This document shows, piece by piece, positions 42,401-54,597 of a stretch of DNA of 64,000 nucleotides. The DNA is taken from contig CM022669.1 in the NCBI GenBank assembly GCA_012295275.1, forward strand, positions 15,314,001-15,378,000, in the 5' to 3' direction. Every line of letters starts with the position of its first letter. The stretch's first letter is position 1. Source of the DNA: Chrysomallon squamiferum (Eukaryota > Animalia > Mollusca). The notes beneath the pieces are model-generated. The model did not search any database. It saw nothing but the letters and a program-made list of their open reading frames with translations, and had not been told where the DNA came from. A program made the translations under genes and the position numbers.

Positions 42401-45262
42401 ACATTTTTTTTTTACAGTTATTGCATCATTTGTTTGACCAAGGTGTGAAAATGTCAGTATTATGTTTCAGATTGTTGTCAATGCCTTGATGATGGCCATC
42501 CCAGCTATTGTTAATGTACTGCTGGTCTGTATTGTCTTCTGGTTAATATTCAGCATCATGGGAGTACAGTTCTTTGCTGGCAAATTTTACAAATGTCTTG
42601 ACGACTCAGGCAACAAACTGCCACCATCTATTGTTGCCAATAAAACAGAATGTTCAGCCAAAAATTTCACGTGGAAAAATTCTAATGTTAATTTTGACAG
42701 TGTTCTCAGTGGTTATTTGGCACTTTTTCAGGTGGTAAGTTTTAAAAATTTTGATGATTTTCCGTAAATCTAATTTAGCTGGATTATTTGCAGTTTAATT
42801 AACTTAGTTTATCATTGTTTGAGAAAGAACTTTCCTGTTATATGGTAAATGGTTGTTTATTAAAATGAAATCCTAACCAAAATTTTAGAATTATAAATTA
42901 TATAAAATAAATAAATACTGTATATATATAGTATATATTTTTATTTATTTCTAATAACTAGAACATTTAAATATATAAAAATAAAAATAAGAATTCTGGA
43001 ATCTATTAAAGGATAAATTATAAGAGCAAAATCTACTTCAGCAAATGATAAATGATTGTGTGAATCATCATAATGGTTATTTACAATTTGCAGGCTACAT
43101 TTGAAGGATGGATGGAAATAATGGAAGATGCAATAGATGCAACAGGGGTAAATATAGTTTGTTGTTTTGCTAAGCATTTTTTTTTAACAATGATCATAGA
43201 TTGTAGTTTTAAACTGTAATAAGGTTTTATGTTGGAAATAACTGGTTACTGTCTTAAGATGTCAGCTTTGTCCTGAGAAGGGTAAAAATGGCCTAAAGTG
43301 ACAGCAAATAATAAAAGCATTAAAATAACAAATTATTCAAATTAATAGGTGTTATTCCATGTGCATATAATAGGGCCATAATTAGTTTTTTAATTTTTTT
43401 TTTTTTTTATGAAATATATATACAAACGGTTAAAAGAATAATTATTTATAATACTATTAAACATCACCCAGCTTATTTAAGTACCAAGCTTTTATCTTTA
43501 TTAATTTACTTTTTGAAATAGAGAGAGATTTTTACAAATTAATATGCACTTACCCATTGTAAACTTATTGGCCAAACTCAAAAAAACAAAACAACTTTGC
43601 AGGTTAACATAAAATAAAATATTTTCCTATAATTTAACATATTTATATGAGATATGGAGGAATTCTAATTGGAATTTTTAAGGTTCAAATTTAGGATTCA
43701 ATTAATGCTGTTATCAGCACTTTCATATTTGAATGAATGATGCATGTCCTTTTTATCTGATTTTTTTTCTTTTCTTGCAGGTTGATAAACAACCATCAGC
43801 AGAAAATGGCTTCTATTACTATTTTTACTTTATTATTTTCATCATCTTTGGCTCCTTTTTCACACTCAATCTCTTCATTGGTGTTATCATTGACAACTTC
43901 AATGTGCTGAAGAAAAAGGTTAGTTTCAATATATAACTCTTACATTATACCATTTCCATATTATAGTCATACTTACAATAAAGCTTAATGTCTATTTTTA
44001 AATAATATCATCAGAAAATCATAGCTGATAGATAAATTTGTTGTTTTTTTTCATCAATTTTGCCTTTAAATGTTCTTTAATTTTTTTGGTTATTGTTGAT
44101 CATAATATTTGTTTATTATTAATAAATGCATTATTATTGTTGCTGTTGATAATAATTATTAACTTATTGATTTTATTGATCCTTTAAAAAAATGCTATTA
44201 ACTTATAGACCTTTTCCTCTCTAAATTGAAACTTTTTTCCCCAGTATGATGGTAGCTATCTTGATATGCTTTTGACACCCAGTCAGAGGAACTACTACAA
44301 CACAATGAAAAAACTTGGAAATAAAAAGCCACAGAAAACTATTAAAAGGCCAAAGGTTTGACAGTTTACTGCTAATTCATATTAACTCACATATTTTTTT
44401 AAAAATGTTTTCATATCTTGTATCAGTTAAGAATTGGTTATGTTCTTAGTTTGCATAAGGGAAATAATCATTTTATTTCCTGACTTCTTTATCTTCTCTC
44501 TCTTCCAATTAGGTCATACTTCATGGTGTTAATAAAAAAATCTCACAGAATAAATATTATCTATCTGTCTATCAATCTATCTATCTATTTATGTAATATA
44601 TTTATGCACTTTTATTGATCTGGAGGTCTTGCAGTATTGCAGTAAGTGAAATGAAAAAAAAAAAAACAATATTAATAATAAAATAAAATAATGGAATTAC
44701 ATGTATTATATTCAATTTATTTTTTGTTAAACATATCCCAGTGTACCTTGTCATTCTAGCAGATTTTACCTATTAGCATTTTCATGAGTTAGAATTGTTT
44801 ATTTGAAATGGTGCTGGATTTTTGTTAATTTAATAAGACAATACATCTAAATATTATTATTAGTTTGTTTTGTTGTTTCATTTTTTGTTGTTTCGTTTTT
44901 TGTTGGGGTTTTTTAACAGAAGTAACAGAAAAAAAATTCATAAATGATCTAAACTTTATTTTTCAGTGGAAATTCCAGGCCTATTTCTTTGACATTGCAA
45001 CAAACACCAAATTTGAACTTGTTATTGTATTCATGATCTTCCTAAACATGATAGTTATGTCAATTGAACATTATAATCAATCGATTTATATCACTGACAT
45101 TTTGAATATCATGAACATGGTCTTCACCACAATCTTCACTCTTGAAGTTGTTGTTAAACTCATTGGAATGCGATGGCATTACTTCAGACAAGCATGGAAT
45201 GTTTTTGACTTCATAATTGTTGTCTTATCACTTGTTGGTAATTAAAATGTATTTTTTATGTG

Positions 45263-45293
<31 letters not shown>

Positions 45294-46902
45294 ATTTGTG
45301 TTTGTTTGTGCACGTGTATATTTGTGTTTATGTTTCTGTTTTGGTATATGTGCACACCTGTGTGTATATGTGAGAGGGCATGAGTGGTTCTGTTTTTAAA
45401 AAAAATCAATAAATAAGTACATTATCAAAAGTACATAAAATCTTTCTGTACAAGAAACAGACATGAAATAAATTTTTAAATTGCCATTGTTATAACATTC
45501 TAAAATTTATTCTTTTGCACACACACACACACACACACAGAGATACATTCTTAATAGTTTCATTAAATATTTCATGACTTTTAACTCATTTAATAATTAT
45601 AACATTAATTTAAATAAATATTTTATTGCAGGTATTGTCTTAAAAGATTTCCTTGTTACAGTGGTTGTGACTCCAACACTTCTACGAGTTGTTCGTATCT
45701 TTAGAATTGGTCGAGTTCTTCGTTTGATAAAAGCTGCTAAAGGAATAAGAAAACTGCTGTTTGCCCTGATTATCTCTCTTCCTGCTATTATTAATATTGG
45801 GGCTTTACTATTCCTATTACTGTACATATATGCCATTATTGGTATGTCTTCATTTGGAAATGTGAAAATCACTGGAAGTCTAAATGACATAGTCAACTTC
45901 CAAACATTTTTTAGTAGTTTTATGTTAATGCTGCGGCTGTCTACTTCTGCTGGCTGGAATGATATTCTTGAACCTTTGTTGATTAGACCACCATACTGTG
46001 ATCCAGATCACAAAACACTGCCAAATGGGACCAAGGTTCCAGACAATAATGGTGACTGTGGAATACCATGGCTGGCAGTTCCTTTTATGGTGTCTTACAT
46101 TATAATAATCTTCTTAATAGTTATTAATATGTACATAGCTGTCATTCTGGAGAACTTCAACCAGGCACATCAGCAAGAAGAAGTTGGCATCACGGAAGAT
46201 GATTTTGATATGTTTTATTCAGTTTGGGAGAAATATGATCCGCATGCAACACAGTTCATAAAATATGAACAGTTGCAAGACTTCGTGGCAGATCTAGATG
46301 AACCCCTGGGCCATCCAAAGCCCAATGAAATTGCTTTGGTGGCTTTTAATCTTCCAATAGTTGAAGGAGACAAAACCCACTGCATAGATATTTTGATAGC
46401 ACTTGTTAAATCTTTCTTAGGTGAAGTGGATGAGACAAATGAATTCAAAGAGCTTAAGTCACAAATAGAGAAAAAGTTTCAAGAGGTGTTTCCTTCAAGA
46501 GTTAATATGGCTGTGATATCGACTACTATGCAGCGAAAGAAGGAGGATGTAGCTGCCCGTACACTGCAAAAAGCATGGAAGCACTTTAAGACTCAGCGAA
46601 TGTTAAAGAACATTACATCTCTAGCCATGCAACAAAATTTGACAAGGACTTCATCGACTGATGCTCGTCAACGAGCTAGTAGTATCTTTAGCTTAGGTCG
46701 CAGACTTAGTACTGCTTTGACATCATTTTTTACTTCATCCCGTCCAAGCAGTGCTGGTAGCCATGACAGTCATCACGATAGTCTGACAGTGTCCACAGCT
46801 GCTCCTATAGGAAGGAAAAATATAACAAAAAATACTTTACAAATACCTGCTGTCACGCCAATGTATGGTGAAGGGTCATCAGAAGATAAATTTCAATTGT
46901 GA
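14108..46902 (+). CDS. Nav2: Voltage-gated sodium channel family alpha subunit, Nav2 (DSC1/NaCP60E/BSC1-like, DEEA filter), about 1876-2031 aa
   Basis: Phase-consistent GT-AG exons: 14108-14494, 20950-21164, 24942-25070, 25448-25560, 26459-26674, 27337-27397, 28219-28363, 29223-29357, 29663-30049, [30724-30741, 31174-31398, 31787-31825, 32668-32715, 33279-33323, 33887-33931, 34890-34934], 36505-36598, 37115-37368, 37737-37907, 38276-38469, 38841-38991, 39372-39597, 39906-39961, 40209-40357, 40910-41051, 41384-41557, 41963-42085, 42471-42734, 43094-43147, 43781-43918, 44245-44355, 44967-45237, 45632-46902. Four S4 segments ([12 protein letters not shown]; IRIFRLLRVFKL; [18 protein letters not shown]; [17 protein letters not shown]). 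P-loops TLDFWE / CGEWIE / TFEGWME / TSAGWND. C-terminal EF-hand-like region [12 protein letters not shown] and an IQ-like motif. Confidence 0.96.
20950..29357 (+). CDS. Nav2 domain I exons (S1-S6; filter residue D)
   Basis: Seven exons encoding [58 protein letters not shown] and [19 protein letters not shown]. Confidence 0.93.
21861..22013. repeat. Compound pentanucleotide microsatellite (TAGAG)n(TATAG)n
   Basis: Directly visible. Confidence 0.95.
23155..23244. repeat. Perfect 90-bp palindrome (inverted repeat) centred on (AT)9
   Basis: tatattattttaaaatcacttaacataaccgtgtgc-(at)9-gcacacggttatgttaagtgattttaaaataatata; the arms are exact reverse complements. Confidence 0.95.
24390..24545. repeat. 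Graded pentanucleotide array (AATCA/ATATA/ATGTA/ATGAC/ATAAC)
   Basis: Directly visible 5-bp periodicity with stepwise unit changes. Confidence 0.85.
32330..35200 (+). repeat. Four diverged tandem copies of a roughly 610-630 bp intron+microexon unit in the Nav2 DI-DII loop region
   Basis: Repeated blocks ttagcacagt..aaaatatgatta, gtggttcatgttac, gagatttatataataataacc..ttttcacag|exon|AAGgtacaaaat and ttgttgttacctgt start near 32330, 32960, 33580 and 34595. About 400 bp of extra sequence lies between copies 3 and 4. Confidence 0.92.
37115..39597 (+). CDS. Nav2 domain II exons (filter residue E)
   Basis: [50 protein letters not shown] and [13 protein letters not shown]. Confidence 0.93.
40910..44355 (+). 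CDS. Nav2 domain III exons and III-IV linker (filter residue E)
   Basis: [69 protein letters not shown] and [19 protein letters not shown]. Confidence 0.93.
44967..46902 (+). CDS. Nav2 domain IV and C-terminus exons (filter residue A)
   Basis: [51 protein letters not shown] and [12 protein letters not shown]; stop TGA at 46900-46902. Confidence 0.96.
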
Positions 46903-48959
46903 TAAAGACACGTTTCCATTTTTTAGGTTTTATTATTGTTTTCATTTTTTAAAAAACCAAAACATTATGAACAAAATTAGTTTGCACTGGTGTGTGATAA
47001 CTGTTCCAAAATGAGATATCTATGTTTCTGTAATGAGATATACATAATTAATTTTTATTTTTTATTTTTTTCTATTTTATTTTATTTTATTTTTTGTATT
47101 TGTTTGTTTGTGTTTCAATTACTGGATTTTAAAATATATTTACTGATTTTCATGTCACCTTTTTCATGGACTCTCTCGATTTTGTATTTAAATACAGGTT
47201 TTCTAAATCTTTTTATTTATTTATTTATTTATTTTTTAACTTCAGTAACTAAATAATTGTTTATTTTCAGGAATACTAGTAAATGCATTTAAGTTATTAA
47301 ATTTATACTGATTGGAAAGAGAACTTAATTTTACCCACATATATAATACATATACATATATATATAAAATCTAAAACTAACAATATCTGAATTCAGCCAG
47401 TGATAACAATTGTATACAGGGTATTATTATGTTCAGTTGAATAGAGAAAGATGATGTCAGTATCATTTATTGTCTAATGATACTTATCTAGGCCAAAGCA
47501 TGCATAGTAAAGTTAGTCATAAGAGATTTCATTTTTGCACTATTTCATTTGTCTATATTTGGCCAAGGATTATAAAATTATTATTATTATTTTTTTTTTT
47601 TTCATTGTCACATGATTACTGGTAGTAAAAATCAAGTATGAAAAATGACTCCAAGATGATTTTTTAACTACAGAAATATCAGTGAAATTTCAAACTTTAA
47701 AGATAACTAGTATGAAAATAATATAATTAGGTAAATTATATTCAGAATTAATATTTTATATTATAAATTTATATCTGAGACAATTATTTATCAAATAATT
47801 TATTTATTTATTTATTTTTATTTTGTTGTTATTTTTCAAGTTACATTGCCATGTAAATGTTAATATTATCTATTCCAAAAAACGACAGTGCAACCAAAAT
47901 GTATTTTTTGTGTGTACATGTGTATGTGTATGTATGATTATGTGAATTTACTCAATACTTGATACTCAAGGACAGTTATCTGCACATGACCATGATAAAA
48001 TATTTAGTTTGTTGATTTTCATGAAAGATGCCAAATTTGTATATATTTGCTTGTACATAATTTTAAAAACAAGAATTTATAGTAAGATTTCACAGCATGA
48101 TTTTATTGCAAATAATTTTTAATGTCTTTTAATTTTTTAATTTTATTATTCTTTTTACTTTTTTTTTTTTTTTTTTTTAATTTGACACTAGCATCAGTTG
48201 CATTTCCTTATATTACTCAAAGTGATTCAGGGTACAATAATTGTGATATATTGTGTAAATTTTAGTATGGATCAGGTTTGTATTTTTTTGCATTGGTATT
48301 TTATGCAATGACATTTTGAAAAAAACAAACAAAAAAAATCTAAATGTTCCTGGTATGAACTCCATGTGTCAGTTTCAAACATTTTATGTTACTACTGTAG
48401 AAAAATATTACTTGAAATAATTTTTTTTTAAATATGTAAAGGCTTAATTAAGATCCTTAGTGAACTATAATATATAAATGAATGTTATTTATGAAAGTGA
48501 TCCAAGTTATCCAGAGATATTTTTATCTTAAGAACTTTATATTAAATCTGTTTGAAACAGAATTTTATACAGCTCTGCAGTTGTAACCTCAAAATATATA
48601 ATGAACTTGATGTTAACATAAACTGCTTTCTGAAGAACTATATATATATATATAGACACACACACACACACATATGCACACACACACACAGACATATCTT
48701 TCTAGATAGATGGATAGTTTTCTGGACATGTCATTGCTCAAAGGCATCTAAATCTAAGCCTCTAATTCCTTGTTTATGTATGTTTAAAGTGCTGAGATAG
48801 CACATGAATCATGGAGAGACTGACATTAAGTGTTTTAACTTATGCACTTTTATTTAAAATTCGTTATTGTTGTTCTTATCTTTTATTTACAAAAATTACT
48901 TCCCAACAAATTGCCTTCTCTATATTCTTTGTTGTTTTTTTTCTACCAGTTTTTCCTTA

Positions 48960-48997
<38 letters not shown>

Positions 48998-50864
48998 TTT
49001 TAAATACTTTCTATAATTTTAAAATAGAAGAGAAAATGTAATTTTATTCCAGTGCATTTAGCAAGGAAGATGTTACCAAAGCAGCTCATAAAAATAATTT
49101 TTAACAAACTTTCTGAAATTCAGTATTTGCTAAAAATGGTGCATATAATTATTTTTAGTGCCTTAAATAGATTATTGCCTATATTAATTTAAGTTGTTTT
49201 CTTTTAGGTTACACATTTCAATTTTAATTTTTTTTAAACATATTTATTGGGAATTTTTGTTGTTTTTTATTGGTACTTGCTGAAAATGATTTTAATTAAT
49301 TCTTAAATCATTGTTACCAGTTTTGTTTAATTTTACAAGGAATGTATGTTTTGAGTTTGCCAATGATTTTTTTCTTTGTTTTTGTTAATATATACTCATA
49401 TTTTGAGTTTAATTAATTGAAAACGAAAAATGAATTATGGCCAAAAAATATAAATAGAAGAAAATTGCTGTGATTTTTAAATATATATTTACTGGTTAGT
49501 AAATATTGTTATCATTTGTTTATATATTAGTCAGTACTAACAGATGTATGAAATGTTGAGGAAAAAAAAAAAGAAGAAGAAGAAGAAAAAAAAACATTTT
49601 AGTAGTTCATTAAGAAAACATAGTTTTATTTTTCTCAAAAAATTGTTACTTTGCATATTTCTTTCTTTCTTTTCTTCTTTTTTACTTTCTTTCTTTCTTA
49701 TATTTAATTTTTTTTTTTAAATTAAATAAAATAAATTAGTTTGTGTCATCTTTTAATAAATATTTCTTGGTTTGAAGTTTTTCAGAATCGAAATAACTGT
49801 TGGAATGTGAAAAACACATCACTTCTGATTTAGAAAACTGATGTTGTGCTCTTAGTATAGGCATTGGGTTTAAGTAATACTCAGGTTTTTGTTAGGTAAA
49901 TAAAATTATTGTTGCAGAAAAAAGCTAAAATAACCATGGAAATACTGACATTTTTTAAAATGACACAAGCTAGTTTACACAGATTACACATTCCATTTCT
50001 GTTATCTTTAAGCTTCTATGACAAATGCTTATGCAACCAAAGAATCGTATGTCTTCCATTGTGAATATATAATAGTTAAAAAATAATAATAATAAAATAA
50101 AAACAGTAATATTATAAATGAATAAATGAAAAGAAGAAGTATATGCCACTAGACAATCTGATATATCCACAAAAGCTGTTTTAATGTAATGTTATTCATC
50201 ATCAGACCAGTTGCTGTGGTTTTTCAGTAATATTTTGCCACAGATGGTAGATTGCATGGTGATTTTAAGGCTGTGTACATGTGATAAAGCAGCATTAAAA
50301 ACATATTAGTCTGTGACTATAATTGACAAACACCTTGTTTATATTAACTCAGGAATCTCAGAATTGTCGAAGAAGTGGCAATCATTTGAGAATATAATAA
50401 GCTGTTTAGAAGCCAGGATCACATTCCGAAGTTAATTCGTACAGAATTATGTCTTTTTGACATTTTGAGAAGAACATATCCAGATCATTTTGTTAATAGA
50501 TGACATGAACTAATAGAAACTGCAAAGAAATAATTTTAATAAGACATATAAAAAGTTTGTCAGAAAATAGAGAGCTTCTAACACTGGATTAGAAATTATT
50601 TATATCATCAGTTTGAGCTGTTTTTATTTCTTACTTGTGTGGCAAATATGAAAAAAAAAAAGAAAAAAAAAAAAAAATGATTCTTCCGTCCACTATGCTT
50701 TACTGTTGTTCACCAACACCATGTATTTTATTTATTTATTTATTATAGAAATTTGTTTTGTTATTCCATGTCCACAACGAAATATAATTGTGAATAGTTT
50801 TATTTTTTAAAAGCAATGAATAAACTTAGTACTCATTATATAAGTTCTATCATTTATTTATATT

Positions 50865-50941
<77 letters not shown>

Positions 50942-51482
50942 ATATGCACCTTAGTGTGTCGCATCAGTTATAAAACCTCGATTTTGCTAAGTATGTTTGA
51001 GGTTTAGTGACAGCTATTTGAGAGTGATGTGTCACTGATTCCCTTTATGGCGGCTCGTCTTTCAAAGACTGGATTATTTCTGTATTTTTATATATATATA
51101 TATATATATTAAATAGAAAGAAAGAAAATTTTTAGTAAATAAAGAAATAAATAAAAAAACAAGAAACAAAAATTTCTCACTGCAAGCTAACCTGTATAAA
51201 AGAAAGTATTTGGGCCCTTCCTTGCACACCGAAGGCTGTTTTCGTTGCGTTTTTCATGGCGGTTTCACGAATACTCGCTGGAACTTTAAGTTATTCTCAC
51301 TAAAATTTAATATTAATAGATTTTGGCGATGGTGGGCCGTACAGAATAATTATAATTATTAGAATCGTACTTTCCGTAAACAAGGTACGATTTCATAATA
51401 TTTTCCTGATGGGGGATTTGTTGTATAGTATTTCATTTTTTTGTACATGAATAATAAGGTGGTTTTTGTTATCTTTTATTTT

Positions 51483-51513
<31 letters not shown>

Positions 51514-51857
51514 GCAAAAATAGGATAAATTTCTATTTCCAAAAATGTTTCGTAAATCGCGTTTGGTGTGCAAGCCTAAACGTGAATGTCTCATTTCTGT
51601 ATTATAGTGTATGTCGAGATATGAATATTTGTTGGTATTTATTATTATTATTATTATTATTATTACGTGCGAAAATGGTAAGAGCAACGAAAAATTGATC
51701 ACTTAATTTATAACGTAAACTTTAAATATGTAAAAAGAAATAAAATACAAAATTTCAAGAGATTTTTAAAGCATTTTTCTAAGGAAATAAAAAAGATGTG
51801 AACATTCGTTACATACCAAAGGATGTCATATTTCGAACTATTTGGTAAATCTGTCGT

Positions 51858-51915
<58 letters not shown>

Positions 51916-52006
51916 ATTGTTTAATAGATTCATGAATAAAATTATATTCAAGTATAAAGACGGTAGCCGACGCAATCATTTATTACCGTTTTAATTATGT
52001 GTTTGG

Positions 52007-52007
<1 letters not shown>

Positions 52008-52095
<88 letters not shown>

Positions 52096-52111
52096 ATATA
52101 TATATATATAT
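52008..52111. repeat. Compound (CT)n(GT)n(AT)n microsatellite; related compound tracts at about 50867-50940 and 58422-58518
   Basis: Directly visible. Confidence 0.95.
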
Positions 52112-52209
52112 ATGCCTTCACAATCATATATACTACATAATGCTATTGCGAAATATTGTAAGTAAAACATTTTCACATGTAATGACAATTATTTTCGTTA
52201 CACTGAATA

Positions 52210-52251
<42 letters not shown>

Positions 52252-52393
52252 TCACTTGGTGTCAAAAATACAGATCCGCAAAACTGTGTTGCTAGGTTAG
52301 AGGCTGGAATCGTGTGTGATAAATTGCAAGATCATTCTTCTTTATAGATCATAGAAGATATAATTTATTATTATTATTATTATTGTTGTCTTT

Positions 52394-52428
<35 letters not shown>

Positions 52429-52461
52429 TAATGTTATTATTTGTAAAGAACATGTTATAAG

Positions 52462-52493
<32 letters not shown>

Positions 52494-52937
52494 TTTTTAT
52501 TTATTTATTTATTTAACAAACAAATAAGAGATAACTAATGCAAACATGTATCTTTCTAAAAAAAAAAAAAAAAAACTATTCGCCAGGATAATGCTTGAAA
52601 TTCAATAACTGATGAAATAAAACAACGTCTACTGCCACACCTCCTTTTTATACCGACAACAGTCATTTTGAAACACAAAGTCTAGTTCTAAGGCACACCA
52701 GATTTTCCAAAGTAGCTGCACTGCATAGTTACACTTCCCAAAGATTTACGCTCTGTTTAAGCAACAGATAATTCATTCATGGAACTGGACACCAAGTGTG
52801 TACACATGTTGCATTTCTCTTCAAATAAATCGATAGCTACAGTAAAAACATTTCTATCAGTCATGTTACGTCTGTCCAAGAAATGCATTTCTCCACGAGG
52901 AAGGTCATGGACAACTTGAAGCAGACGAAATTAATAG

Positions 52938-52948
52938 CAAGATGGCGG
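52938..52948 (+). promoter_or_regulatory. YY1-like motif CAAGATGGCGG upstream of the nAChR-like start codon
   Basis: 11-bp match to the YY1 consensus CAAGATGGCGGC about 50 bp before the ATG; motif match only. Confidence 0.3.
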
Positions 52949-52999
52949 ATAATGGATATTTTGCTGCGAGAGGTTTTTAAATAACAGACAGACTACACG

Positions 53000-54545
53000 A
53001 TGCAGACGACAGTTTCGTTATACGTGGTTTTGTGGATTATGTGTGGTTCAACCAAAGGTGTGTTCTTATATTATTTATCCTGTACTAAAACTCTAAATAA
53101 TAATTGTAAAGTCTATGTAAGCGTATTGTAATGCGTTATATATTCTCCTAGAATAAAGAGGTGTAATTTATAACGGTTTTGTAATGATAGTTTTACAATA
53201 TTTTCCTAAAATATATTTTGTTTTCTTTTTTCGGCTTCGTCCTCTAAGAGTTAGCCATCAGACATTTATATTTCTTAAACACAAATCATTATATTTTCTA
53301 AACAACACATTAAAAAACAAAACAATACATTTACATTTGAAAAGTTTGGTAAGAGATCCAGTAAATTCTTCCATGTAATTATGTACATCAGAGGTAGTTG
53401 TTATGAAATGTTAATGTCATGTCGACTTACACGCTAAATAAATAATTCACTAAAATAAATTTGAAAAAAAACAAAAAAACAACAACATCTATAATAATTA
53501 AATATTAACTGCAGTAACAATGATTTCAATTAAATATAATTATTCAGCGCAGTATGATGCACGAATGCTATTTGCTTTTAAAATGTAGTCTTGTTAATGA
53601 TGATAAGATTTATTGAATGTATGTAACAGTTTACAGTGCAGCAGCTTGCGGCCAGGTTTCAAGGTGCTCTGTGTGAATGCTTGTCAAATCTATATCTAAT
53701 AAAATGTTGGTCTATTTTTAGAGGCTTCAACCATAACGCGCACTAGTTGCTTGCTAATACCTCCTCGCAATCTAAAAGGTTTTCTGCAGTTCCCGAACGA
53801 AAAAATATTAATTAGCTTCATATAAGTCTCATAATATGGATTTTGTTAAATTAAATTAATTTAATAATAATAATAATAATAATAATAAAGAAGCCAGAAG
53901 GTATGCAAAAAAATAACAACAACATCAACAACAGCACAATTATCATCGATGTATCATCGCCTTGAGCAATTATTCCCATTTTTTTTTTTTTTTTTTTTTT
54001 TTTGAGAGTGGGAAAGAATGCTGCATCTCCTCTTAAACATTTTCACGCCACTTTTAGCATAAAAGCCGACCAAGTTCAGAAAACGTTTAGAGAGTTACCA
54101 AGACCTATAATATGGCTGTAGTCTTTAAAATATTTAATAATATTTAATACATCATATGTCAGAACGGGATAACACTCACGTGTAGCGACGGGGCTAGAAC
54201 TGTTTCCCCTTAATCCTGATTTTGTTGTTTTTTAAAAATATTTTTGTAAAACGAACTATTCAACAGAATTTTCAGGGACAGCAAATATATAAATTAATAA
54301 AGAGCTTGAAATAGTTTGTTCAACAGAAAATATTTTTATTTTGTTACAGGTTTCAGAGCAGGCACGGAGCAGCGTCTGTTTGAATATCTGTTTGAAGACT
54401 ACAACTTCGATTCAAGACCAGTCAATAACGCCAGTGATGTCGTTATGATAAATTTTGGCTTGGCACTCAACCAGCTATTGGATTTGGTATTTTTTTTAAT
54501 TTATTTTTTTTAAACTATTTTTAAAAACTATTTATTTATTTATTC

Positions 54546-54597
<52 letters not shown>

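Noticed and set aside
43919-44244. U12 (AT-AC) intron at the KKK|linker position, where vertebrate SCN genes have one
   Set aside because: The intron is present but is GT-AG with donor gttagt and has no RTATCCTT donor or TCCTTAAC branch site. The gtatct donor at 42086 also fails the U12 consensus.
45940-45963. DIV P-loop SAGWND as a tetrodotoxin-resistance adaptation
   Set aside because: GWND is the usual state in Nav2-class channels, so it is not evidence of toxin adaptation.
45597-46448. Antisense ORFs over Nav2 exons (also 29641-29883 and 39329-39613) and alternative-frame ORFs over the nAChR-like exons (55702-55953, 56695-57012, 56802-57008)
   Set aside because: Shadow ORFs of real coding exons; short and without recognisable motifs.
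46902-53000. Nav2 and nAChR adjacency as a functional excitability cluster
   Set aside because: Only tandem proximity supports it, and the two genes sit in different CpG domains. Synteny data would be needed.
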